A DNA stretch of 64,000 nt, from contig CAWDPQ010000006.1 of assembly GCA_963804245.1 (NCBI GenBank), positions 186,546 to 250,545 on the forward strand. The letters run 5' to 3'. The stretch is from an uncultured Acidobacteriota bacterium. GTDB taxonomy: Bacteria > Acidobacteriota > Vicinamibacteria > Vicinamibacterales > 2-12-FULL-66-21. Below the pieces are notes generated by a model that saw only the letters and a list, made by a program, of their open reading frames with translations, had not been told where the DNA came from and did not search any database. The position numbers were made by a program, and so were the translations under genes. Shown here one piece after another: positions 32,163 to 41,267 of this stretch (positions are counted from its first letter, which is position 1; the number at the start of each line of letters is the position of its first letter).

Positions 32163-32424
32163 GCCGCCCAGCCGCGAGCTGCCAGGCCCAGCCGCCAGCC
32201 CGGCTTCGGCCGGACTGCGCGAAAGTTCGACCCGCCGCGGGCCGCGGATCTCCATCCAAAAGGCAACACAGCCGAGATCCCTATGAACGCGTCAGAGAGA
32301 CTGGCGTGCGGATGACTTCGCAACCCGCCGGCGCCAGAAGGTGCGTAGCCAAACCGGAAGCTGAAGGCTGGGCGCTGGGCTGGAAGCTCGCGGCTGGAAG
32401 CTGGTAGCTGGCTGTTAGGAGCTG
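32162..32424. repeat. Inverted pair of GCTGG-heptamer arrays
   Basis: CCAGCCGCGAGCT (32168-32180) is the exact reverse complement of AGCTCGCGGCTGG (32385-32397). Confidence 0.7.
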
Positions 32425-32438
32425 CATTCTCGCCCCTT

Positions 32439-32466
32439 AGTTAACATAACACCCATTATCAGACCC
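32439..32466 (-). other. dif: dif site (XerC/XerD chromosome dimer resolution)
   Basis: Minus strand GGGTCTGATAA-TGGGTG-TTATGTTAACT versus E. coli GGTGCGCATAA-TGTATA-TTATGTTAAAT: XerD arm 10/11, XerC arm 7/11; intergenic. Confidence 0.88.
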
Positions 32467-32543
32467 ATGGGAAATGGCCAGAAAAAGCGGGCTGTTGAAG
32501 GATTGTGGACGCCCAGGCGGGGCTACCGCCCTAACCGCCGAAA

Positions 32544-32571
32544 GCTGGCAGCTCAGAGCTGGAAGCTGTTA
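32544..32571 (+). repeat. GCTGG-type heptamer array x4
   Basis: GCTGGCA GCTCAGA GCTGGAA GCTGTTA. Confidence 0.65.
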
Positions 32572-32582
32572 TCGTGAGTCCG

Positions 32583-34922
32583 ATGTTCCGAACGCTGGAC
32601 CGCTACGTGTGGCGCGAAATTCTGCCACCGATGCTCCTGGCGCTCCTTATCTTTACGTTTCTCCTGGCGCTGCCGCCGTTCATGCAGCATCTCGAGAACC
32701 TGCTGGCGAAGGGCGTCAGTTTCGGGACGATCGCCCGCCTGATCTGGACCTTGGTCCCGCAGGCTCTCGGACTGACCATTCCGATGGCCCTCCTCGTGGG
32801 CATCCTGATTGGCTTCGGCCGGCTGTCGGCCGACCGCGAATCGGTCGCCCTCCTGGCATGCGGGGTGAGCCCATACCGCCTGCTTCGCCCGGTCCTGGCG
32901 CTCGCCGTGGCCTGCGCGGCAGCGACGATGTACGTGATGATCATCGCCATCCCGCAGGCCAATCGCGCCTTCCTCGCCATCACGTTCGACATCATTTCCA
33001 AGCGGGTCGAAACGGACGTGCGCCCGCGCGTGTTCTTCGAGGATTTTCCCGGCTGGGTGCTCTATGCCGGCGACGAGGCGCCGCCAGGTGAGGCCGGCTG
33101 GCGGCGGCTGCTGGTCGCCGATTCGTCTCACGCCAACGCGACGGAGATCTACTTTGCCAATCGCGGCCGGTTGGTCATCGACCGGCACAAGCGAACGGTC
33201 GATCTCGTGCTGCACGATGGCGTGCGCTACACGACGGGCAAGCCGGGGCTGTCCGATACGCTGCGGTTCGAGGGCGACCTGCTGGTCGGTTTGAATCCCG
33301 AAGCGGTATTCCCGCAGGTCAGCATTCAAAAGGGTCCGAACGAACGGACCATCGCCGAGCTGCGCGCCGAAGCCGCGCGGAAGGCCCGCGAGGGGATTTC
33401 GCCGCACCCGGAAATCATCGCCCTGCAGCAGAAGTTTTCGTTCCCCGTGGCCTGTCTGGTCTTCGGCATCATCGGGCTGGCGCTCGGGATGACGGTGGCG
33501 CGCGACGGCAAGCTCGCCGGCTTCGTCGTCGGCGTGGTCGTGATCTTCGCGTACTACGTCGTGATGTTCATGGCGGAGTCACTCACCAAGGGGCAATACC
33601 TCAACGCGCATCTGTCGCGGTGGGTGCCTAACCTGATTCTCGGTGCGTTCGGTGTCGCGGCGCTCGTCTGGCGCGCCCGCGTCACGAGCGCCCGATTGCC
33701 GTTCACCATCCCCATTCGCTTCACTCGCGCAGGACGCGCGCTGCCCGACACGGATTCCAACGCGCCGGAGCCGTCAGCCGCTTCCACCCAATCCAAGCCG
33801 AAGGGCGTCGTCGTCGTCATCCGAATTCCCCGCTTCGCGGCGCCGTCGCCAAACCTGCTCGATCGATACGTGGCCCGGGCATACCTGCGGGTCGCCGCCA
33901 TCGCGTTCCTGGCCCTGCTCGGTCTGTTCTATATTTCCACCTTCCTGGACAAGTCGGACAAGATCTTCAAGGGTCAGGCTACGGCCTCCGCCGTCGGCGC
34001 GCTGCTCGTCTACATGACGCCGCAGTTCGTCTACTTCGTCATCCCGATCGCCGCGCTCCTGAGCGTCCTGGTGACGTTCGGCGCCTTGTCGCGAACGAGC
34101 GAGCTGACCGTCATGAAGGCGTGCGGGATCAGTCTGTACCGCGCGGCGCTCCCCGTCATCGTGCTCTCTTTGATCTTCAGCAGCGTCATCTTCGGCCTCG
34201 AACAGTGGCTGCTCGCCCGCGCCAACCGGCGGGCCGAGGTCCTCGACGCGCAGATTCGCGGACGGCCGCCGCGCATTTTCGACGCCTTGAATCGGCGCTG
34301 GGTCGTGTCGCGCGACGGCGACATCTATCATTTCAGGCTCTTCGATCCCGAACGGGACGAGCTCTCGGGTCTGACGATCTACACGCCGCGCACCGACGGC
34401 TGGCGGCTCGCCACGATGACCTACGCCGATCGCGCGCAGTATCGTCGCGGCTGGCAGGCGGCGTCTGGATGGGTGCAGAACTACACCTTCCAACCGCCGG
34501 TGTGGACCGCCTTCAAGGATCGCAAGCTGCCCGATCTCGAAGCGCCCGACTATTTCGAAACCGAGCAGCCGGTCGCCGAGATGATGACCGTCGGCCAGCT
34601 GCGGCGCTACGTGCAGGAGCTCTCGGCCAGCGGCCTGAATGTCGTGCCTCAGGCGGTGGAGCTTCATCGCAAGATGGCGTTTCCCTTCGTCACCTTCGTG
34701 ATGGCCCTGCTGGCGGTACCCTTCGGCGTGAGCATGGGTCGGCGCGGGACGCTCTATGGAATCGGAATCGGGATCGTGCTCGCCTTGTCCTACTGGATCG
34801 TCAGCAGCCTGTTCGTAGCGATCGGAAAAGGCGGGTTGCTGGCACCGGTACTCGCCGGGTGGGCGCCGAACATCATCGTGCTCGGCACCGCCTGCTATCT
34901 GTTCCTCACGGTCAAGACCTGA
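32583..34922 (+). CDS. Fused LptF-LptG permease
   Basis: Two tandem YjgP/Q units, each beginning LDRYV, with RLSADRE..AL.ACGVS and LSRTSELTVMKACGIS; both end W.PN. Confidence 0.9.
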   Translation: MFRTLDRYVWREILPPMLLALLIFTFLLALPPFMQHLENLLAKGVSFGTIARLIWTLVPQALGLTIPMALLVGILIGFGRLSADRESVALLACGVSPYRLLRPVLALAVACAAATMYVMIIAIPQANRAFLAITFDIISKRVETDVRPRVFFEDFPGWVLYAGDEAPPGEAGWRRLLVADSSHANATEIYFANRGRLVIDRHKRTVDLVLHDGVRYTTGKPGLSDTLRFEGDLLVGLNPEAVFPQVSIQKGPNERTIAELRAEAARKAREGISPHPEIIALQQKFSFPVACLVFGIIGLALGMTVARDGKLAGFVVGVVVIFAYYVVMFMAESLTKGQYLNAHLSRWVPNLILGAFGVAALVWRARVTSARLPFTIPIRFTRAGRALPDTDSNAPEPSAASTQSKPKGVVVVIRIPRFAAPSPNLLDRYVARAYLRVAAIAFLALLGLFYISTFLDKSDKIFKGQATASAVGALLVYMTPQFVYFVIPIAALLSVLVTFGALSRTSELTVMKACGISLYRAALPVIVLSLIFSSVIFGLEQWLLARANRRAEVLDAQIRGRPPRIFDALNRRWVVSRDGDIYHFRLFDPERDELSGLTIYTPRTDGWRLATMTYADRAQYRRGWQAASGWVQNYTFQPPVWTAFKDRKLPDLEAPDYFETEQPVAEMMTVGQLRRYVQELSASGLNVVPQAVELHRKMAFPFVTFVMALLAVPFGVSMGRRGTLYGIGIGIVLALSYWIVSSLFVAIGKGGLLAPVLAGWAPNIIVLGTACYLFLTVKT

Positions 34923-35343
34923 CCGGCGACTTCCCCGCATCAGGCTCGGGAAGATCGCGCTCTTCCCTTCTGCCCGGTGACGGCGCGAGCTCTTGCAGCG
35001 CGGTCACCAAGTCACTGGCGAGCAGACCGTGCCTGAACCCTTCGCGCAGGAACCGCCCGGCAATCTGACGCGCAACCATCGATCGTTTGGCATCCGTCGA
35101 ACGCGCCACCTGCCCGACGAAAGTCCCTACTCCGCGCCGGACGTACGCCGCGCCCGCCCGTTCGAGCTCACGATAGGCCTGCTGCACGGTGTTCGGATTG
35201 ACCTTCAGCAGCCTCGCCAGTTCCCGGACCGCCGGCAAGGGATCGTCCGCTCTGAGGATTCCCGTCGCGATGCACCGCTGCACCTCGTCCACGATCTGGC
35301 GAAACACCGGCCGCGGGTCCCCAGGCTCGATGACGATATGCAT
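34912..35343 (-). CDS. GntR family (YtrA-type) regulator
   Basis: PVFRQIV, LPAVRELA, VNPNTVQQAYRELE, RGVGTFV; short C-terminal helices. Confidence 0.92.
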   Translation of the reverse strand: MHIVIEPGDPRPVFRQIVDEVQRCIATGILRADDPLPAVRELARLLKVNPNTVQQAYRELERAGAAYVRRGVGTFVGQVARSTDAKRSMVARQIAGRFLREGFRHGLLASDLVTALQELAPSPGRREERDLPEPDAGKSPVRS

Positions 35344-35365
35344 ACTAGTACACTAGCACACTAGC
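35341..35365 (-). promoter_or_regulatory. Extended -10 leaderless promoter and probable operator of the GntR gene
   Basis: Minus strand GCTAGTGTGCTAGTGTACTAGTATG: TG-c-TAGTGT, 6 nt, ATG; repeated CTAGT. Confidence 0.55.
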
Positions 35366-35408
35366 CGGGTGGGACAGCGGCGAACCGTAAGGCGAGTTCC
35401 GCGAAACG

Positions 35409-35431
35409 CCCGCCCTGAAGGGCGGGACTAC
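35409..35431 (-). repeat. GTAG-type REP
   Basis: Minus strand GTAG-T-CCCGCCC-TTCA-GGGCGGG; the TAG is the stop codon of the PHP gene. Confidence 0.65.
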
Positions 35432-37125
35432 CGAGTCAAGACGATGTCGCGGAGGGTAACCTTACCGGAATCGCCAGGACGGGCGTTCGTAAGATCGACG
35501 ACGAACAGGACCGACGTCGCGCGACGGATGTCGGGACGCTGCGGCGGACCGTCGACGCGTCGCAGGTGCTCCACCGCCACGCTCGAGGGCCGCGGCTGCT
35601 CGTCGAAGTACACCGACTTCCGCCAGCGGGCGCTACCGTCCTCGGCAAACCGGAATTGAACCGAGAGTCGGGTTGGCGCACTTGCCTGACCGGTGAAGCT
35701 CACCCCCCGGAACTCGGCGAGGCCGCGCGGGAGATCGGCGACGAGAGCCACGAACTGGCTCGCGGGCGGACCTCCTCGCAGGCGATACGCGAACTCCACC
35801 GCTCCGTCGGTGATGCTCGAGCTGCCGTCCGATCCGTCGCTGTTCTCGATGCGCCAGGCCGCATCGCCCAGGTTGAACGCGGTGACGGCCGCCGGCTGCT
35901 GGACCGGAGCGCTCGGAGCAAATCTGAAGATCGGATTGCTGACGACCCAGGGCACCGGCGGCGTTCCTGGTGCGCCCGCCACATGGATCTCGATGCGAAA
36001 GGCACCCGGTGCTGCCGATTGGAAGTCGAGGCTCGTGCCCACCGCCCGTGAGACCTCGACACCGTTTCTGAAAGCGACCGTGGACGCACCGTCCACCTGC
36101 GCGGCGCGCACGCGGAACGTCGCGGTTCCCGCGCCCCGCAACACGCTCCCCTGCCCGACGATCTCGTCGGCCGTTCGCGCGCTGAACTCGAGGGTTGCCC
36201 CGCTCGCCACCGCGTCAATTTCGGAATAGGTGCTGCCTGCCCTCAGCTTTTCCAGCAGAGCGTCCCCATCAGTTCGAGGATCTCCGGTGAAGGCACGATC
36301 CAGTTCGACACGGGTCGAAAACGTGCGGAAGCTCGCGGCGAACGAAGGAACTCCGATACTGCGGCGCCGCGACGGATCCTCGAGGCGATTGCCGATGCCG
36401 CCGTGGGCATCGAGCCCGGCCAGGCCGACAACGCGAGCCCGCGCGGCCAGAGAATCCCATTGCTTCAACGTCGCGTCGGGGCGATCGAGAAGCGACGCAA
36501 GCGCGGCGGGTGGCCGTAAGGGGTATGACGCGAACGCGCGCGCAATCGCCCAGCGACCTTCGTCCCGCCACTCGCTGTCGGCATTGAGCCACTCCAGGCC
36601 ATCGATCGGCGCCGACCAGTCAGACCATGCCAGCTCCGGTCGCAGGGATCCGGGATGGGCCGCAACGCCAAAGCCGCCGAGGCGAGCAACATCGGCGACG
36701 ACCCCTGCGCTGTCCCCACCCAGCGGATACGACGATGGCCCCGCGCCCATCGCAATGTAGTGCCCGCCGTCGGTACTGATCTCGACGCCGTCGACGCACA
36801 GCACACCGTCGATGTACTCGGGACCATCCGCCGGCCGCGTGCCATCGCCATGATCGGTGAAGATGACGAAGTTCAGACCGGCCGCGCGCGCGGCAGAAGC
36901 CACGGTCGCCTTGTCGCTGACGCCGTCCGATCTCGTCGTGTGCACGTGAAATGCGCCCCGCACCGTGCGGGCGGCGATAGCCGGATCTCCGCCGGTTACA
37001 CGCCGGGGATTTGGTGGAAGACTGAGGAGGAAGAGCGCGATCCCGGCGCCGACAATCGTCAGCGCCAGGATCCGCCGTGATGGAAATCGTGAACGCTGAA
37101 CGGCGAAGCTAGTCGGAGAGCCCAT
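35428..37125 (-). CDS. PHP-domain (CehA/McbA-like) metallohydrolase with C-terminal CIA30/CBM-like domain
   Basis: HVHTTRSDG, TDH, GVEIS..GGH, AHP, GLDAHG; N-terminal TM helix; start uncertain. Confidence 0.75.
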   Translation of the reverse strand: MGSPTSFAVQRSRFPSRRILALTIVGAGIALFLLSLPPNPRRVTGGDPAIAARTVRGAFHVHTTRSDGVSDKATVASAARAAGLNFVIFTDHGDGTRPADGPEYIDGVLCVDGVEISTDGGHYIAMGAGPSSYPLGGDSAGVVADVARLGGFGVAAHPGSLRPELAWSDWSAPIDGLEWLNADSEWRDEGRWAIARAFASYPLRPPAALASLLDRPDATLKQWDSLAARARVVGLAGLDAHGGIGNRLEDPSRRRSIGVPSFAASFRTFSTRVELDRAFTGDPRTDGDALLEKLRAGSTYSEIDAVASGATLEFSARTADEIVGQGSVLRGAGTATFRVRAAQVDGASTVAFRNGVEVSRAVGTSLDFQSAAPGAFRIEIHVAGAPGTPPVPWVVSNPIFRFAPSAPVQQPAAVTAFNLGDAAWRIENSDGSDGSSSITDGAVEFAYRLRGGPPASQFVALVADLPRGLAEFRGVSFTGQASAPTRLSVQFRFAEDGSARWRKSVYFDEQPRPSSVAVEHLRRVDGPPQRPDIRRATSVLFVVDLTNARPGDSGKVTLRDIVLTR

Positions 37126-37170
37126 CCGAAGTTCAGCGTTCGACGTTTCGGATGCCGCGCAGGCGGCGCT

Positions 37171-38319
<1,149 letters not shown>

Positions 38320-38436
38320 GTCGTTCGAACTCCTTACTATTCAGTGGGTTCCATGGTGTAAGCCGCGATTCCTGGGCGCGGGCAAACCAACCAAATCTAC
38401 CAGATCGACCGCAGGTTCGCCAACCCGCGGCGCGCC

Positions 38437-39315
38437 TCAGCGCCTCGGATGAAATCGATCGTACACGGTGCGCAGTCGTGCTTCGAGAACGTGTGTATAG
38501 ATCTGTGTAGTCGACAGATCCGCGTGTCCAAGCATCACCTGAATCGACCGCAGATCCGCCCCCCGCTCCAGCAGGTGCGTCGCGAAGGAGTGTCGGAGCA
38601 CGTGCGGGCTCAGCTCGCGCGTAATGCCCGCCCTGATGCCGTAGTCCTTCAGCACTTTCCAGAATCCCACCCGCGACAGCGGTCCACCATCGCGGGCGTT
38701 GACGAACAGCCACGTTGACGCGCGGTGCAAAAGTGCGCCGCGGCCCTGGGACATGTATCGGCGTACGCACTCGGCGGCTTCATTGCCGATTGGCACGATG
38801 CGCTCCTTGGATCCCTTCCCCACGCAGGTCAGGTAGCCCTCGTCGAGATGCAGGTTGTTCATCTTCAGCGACAGAAGCTCGGACACGCGCAGACCCGTCG
38901 CATACAACACCTCGATGAGCGCTTTGTCGCGCAGCCCGCGCGGAGTTGTCGCCTCGGGCTGAGCGAGGAGCCGATCGACTTCCTCGAGGCTGAGAAATTT
39001 CGGCAGCGCCGGCCACGCCCGCGGCGCGCGCAGATCGTCGGCCGGGCTGCCGTCGCGCTTGTCTTCGACGGCGGTGAACTTATAGAACCCGCGCACGCAG
39101 GCCACCGCTCGCGCGACCGACCGCGGGGACAGACCCGATGCCATCAGGCTGCGCACGAATGCCTCGAGGTCGCGACGCTCGAGCGTGTTCACGTCCACCC
39201 CGCGCTTCTCCGCGAACGTGGCCAGCGCTGCGAGGTCGCGCGCGTAGCCCGACACCGTATTCGGCGACATCCGCCGCACGTCGCGCAGGTAGATCAGATA
39301 GCGGTCAATTGTCAT
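38437..39315 (-). CDS. xerD: Tyrosine recombinase XerD
   Basis: LYATGLRVSEL, GKGSKER, HVLRHSFATH, QVMLGHADLSTTQIY; ATG at 39315. Confidence 0.92.
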   Translation of the reverse strand: MTIDRYLIYLRDVRRMSPNTVSGYARDLAALATFAEKRGVDVNTLERRDLEAFVRSLMASGLSPRSVARAVACVRGFYKFTAVEDKRDGSPADDLRAPRAWPALPKFLSLEEVDRLLAQPEATTPRGLRDKALIEVLYATGLRVSELLSLKMNNLHLDEGYLTCVGKGSKERIVPIGNEAAECVRRYMSQGRGALLHRASTWLFVNARDGGPLSRVGFWKVLKDYGIRAGITRELSPHVLRHSFATHLLERGADLRSIQVMLGHADLSTTQIYTHVLEARLRTVYDRFHPRR

Positions 39316-39329
39316 GTCACGATGTGGTT

Positions 39330-39395
39330 TCGTGGCTCGTGGCTCGTGGCTCGTTCGAAGTCTGCCACACCACGAGGCCCGAGCCACGAGCAACG
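39330..39395. repeat. Inverted heptamer arrays (TCGTGGC x3 ... CCACGAG-type x3)
   Basis: Read directly, upstream of xerD. Confidence 0.75.
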
Positions 39396-39396
39396 C

Positions 39397-39435
39397 ACGG
39401 GAAGTTTGACACTTCCCGTCCGCGAGGAGTAGTGT
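39397..39435 (+). promoter_or_regulatory. murQ promoter with an operator palindrome centred on -35
   Basis: TTGACA-18-TAGTGT; ACGGGAAGT-TTGAC-ACTTCCCGT. Confidence 0.65.
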
Positions 39436-39477
39436 ACGCGGTTGCCCTGCTAGCGCGGCGTTCGACGAATCTTCTGC

Positions 39478-40425
39478 ATGCCAACCCATTCGAAGTGGCA
39501 GTCCCTGCCGACCGAAGCCATCAATCCCGTCAGCCTCGCGATTGACAAGACGCCCGTGCGCGACATCATCGAGATGGTCGTCAACGAAGACCGCAAGGTG
39601 ATCGCCGCGGTGTTGAAAGAGAAAGAGCGGATCGCGCACGGGATCGAGATCATCACCCAGGTCCTCAAGAAGGGCGGCCGCGTCATCTTCATCGGCGCCG
39701 GCACGAGCGGCCGGCTCGGCGTGGTCGAGGCCTCCGAGATGCCGCCGACGTTTGGCACCTCCCCCTCCCTCGTCCAGGCCATCATGGCTGGCGGACAGGA
39801 AGCCGTCTTCCGCGCCAAGGAAGGCGTCGAAGACAACTTCGAAGAAGGCGCACGCAGCCTCGGGCGTCTCCGCCTCTCTCGCCGCGATGTGGTGATCGGC
39901 GTCTCGGCCAGCGGCATGACGCCGTTCGTCCGCGGCGGACTGACGCGCGCGCGCAAAGCGGGCGCCAAGATCATCTTCGTCACGTGCTGGCCGGGATCGG
40001 AGCTTCAGAATTTCGTCGATCTGCAAATCGCTCCGGCCGTGGGACCCGAGATCATCGCCGGCTCGACCCGTCTCAAGGCGGGCACGGCGACCAAAATGGT
40101 CCTGAACATGCTGACCACGGTGGCAATGATCAAGGTCGGTAAGACCTACGGCAACCTGATGGTCGACGTCCAAACCGGCTCAGAAAAGTTGAAGGATCGC
40201 GCCCGCCGGATCCTGGGCATCGTCACCGGGCTGCCCTACGACGACGCCGATGCGCTGCTCCGTCGCTCGAAGTGGGACGTCAAGGCAGCAATCGTCATGC
40301 AGAAGGCCGGCGTCACGCTGCCGCAGGCGCTCAAACGTTTGAAGAAAGCAGACGACTCGCTGCGGGAGGCCATCGGCGAAGACATCGAACCGCGTCTGCG
40401 TGAGCTGCTGAACCGCGGCGCCTAG
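39478..40425 (+). CDS. murQ: MurNAc-6-phosphate etherase
   Basis: TEAINP, GAGTSGRLG, E.PPTFG, EGVED, GPEIIAGSTRLKAGTATK, GNLMVD. Confidence 0.95.
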   Translation: MPTHSKWQSLPTEAINPVSLAIDKTPVRDIIEMVVNEDRKVIAAVLKEKERIAHGIEIITQVLKKGGRVIFIGAGTSGRLGVVEASEMPPTFGTSPSLVQAIMAGGQEAVFRAKEGVEDNFEEGARSLGRLRLSRRDVVIGVSASGMTPFVRGGLTRARKAGAKIIFVTCWPGSELQNFVDLQIAPAVGPEIIAGSTRLKAGTATKMVLNMLTTVAMIKVGKTYGNLMVDVQTGSEKLKDRARRILGIVTGLPYDDADALLRRSKWDVKAAIVMQKAGVTLPQALKRLKKADDSLREAIGEDIEPRLRELLNRGA

Positions 40426-40427
40426 CT

Positions 40428-40498
40428 CCCCCGTTCCCCCGTCCCCCGCTCCCCAGTTCCCCAGTTCCCCAGCTCCCCAGTTCCCCAGTTCCCCAGTT
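40428..40498. repeat. Octamer tandem array (CCCCAGTT-like x9)
   Basis: Fills the convergent murQ-nagB gap. Confidence 0.9.
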
Positions 40499-41267
40499 AG
40501 ACTTCCTCTTCCTTGAAGGCCCTTCCGTGCCCCAGCGTGCCAGCTGCCGGCTCGTCGATCATGACCTCGACGTCGTGATGAAGCTGCAGAAACGAGGCTG
40601 GCAGCGCCGTCGTGATGGGACCGTTCACCAGACGCTCGATGCACGGCGCCTTCGAACGGCCCGTGGCGAGCAGCACGATCGAGCGGGCATGTAGGATCGT
40701 CGCCATACCCATCGACAGCGCCTCGGTCGGAACGGCATGGACATCGCCGTTGAACAGCGCCGCGTTGCTGCGACGTGTTTCCGCGCGCAGCGTGACGCGA
40801 TGCGTGCGGGCCTGCAGCGCCGGCGCCGGCTCGTTGAATCCGATGTGACCGTTCGTACCGATGCCCAATATCTGCAGATCGATCCCGCCCACATCCTGGA
40901 TGTCTCGTTCGTAACGCAGGCACTCGGTGACCGGGTCAGCGGCCGACCCATTCAAGAAGTGAATGTTCTCCGGGCGCAGGTTCACGCGGCTGAAGAGATG
41001 CTGCTCCATGAACTGACGGTACGAGCCCGGATGCGTGGGATCGATGCCGAAGAACTCGTCCAGGTTGAACGTCCTCACCTGCGAAAAGTCGGCGTGAGAC
41101 GCCGCCGCTCGCGATGCCAGCTCGTGGTAGAAACCGACCGGGGTCCGGCCCGTCGGCAGTCCGAGCACCAGCCGCGGATTCTCGGCGAGCGCCGCGAGTG
41201 CGCGACGCGCCAGCGCGCGCGCCGCGGCGCGGTCGCTGTGAAAGATCTCAACCTTGGGGGCGTGCAT
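40497..41267 (-). CDS. nagB: Glucosamine-6-phosphate deaminase
   Basis: LGLPTGRTP, FNLDEF, LGIGTNGHIGFNEP, PASFLQLH. Confidence 0.95.
   Translation of the reverse strand: MHAPKVEIFHSDRAAARALARRALAALAENPRLVLGLPTGRTPVGFYHELASRAAASHADFSQVRTFNLDEFFGIDPTHPGSYRQFMEQHLFSRVNLRPENIHFLNGSAADPVTECLRYERDIQDVGGIDLQILGIGTNGHIGFNEPAPALQARTHRVTLRAETRRSNAALFNGDVHAVPTEALSMGMATILHARSIVLLATGRSKAPCIERLVNGPITTALPASFLQLHHDVEVMIDEPAAGTLGHGRAFKEEEV

Noticed and set aside
38320-38436. SAM riboswitch upstream of metK
   Set aside because: Only a short hairpin and a plausible promoter; no SAM-I or SAM-II consensus is visible.
38437-40173. 578-aa extended recombinase ORF, or a phage integrase
   Set aside because: The extension is the antisense shadow of murQ; the real gene is a standard 292-aa XerD with no phage context.
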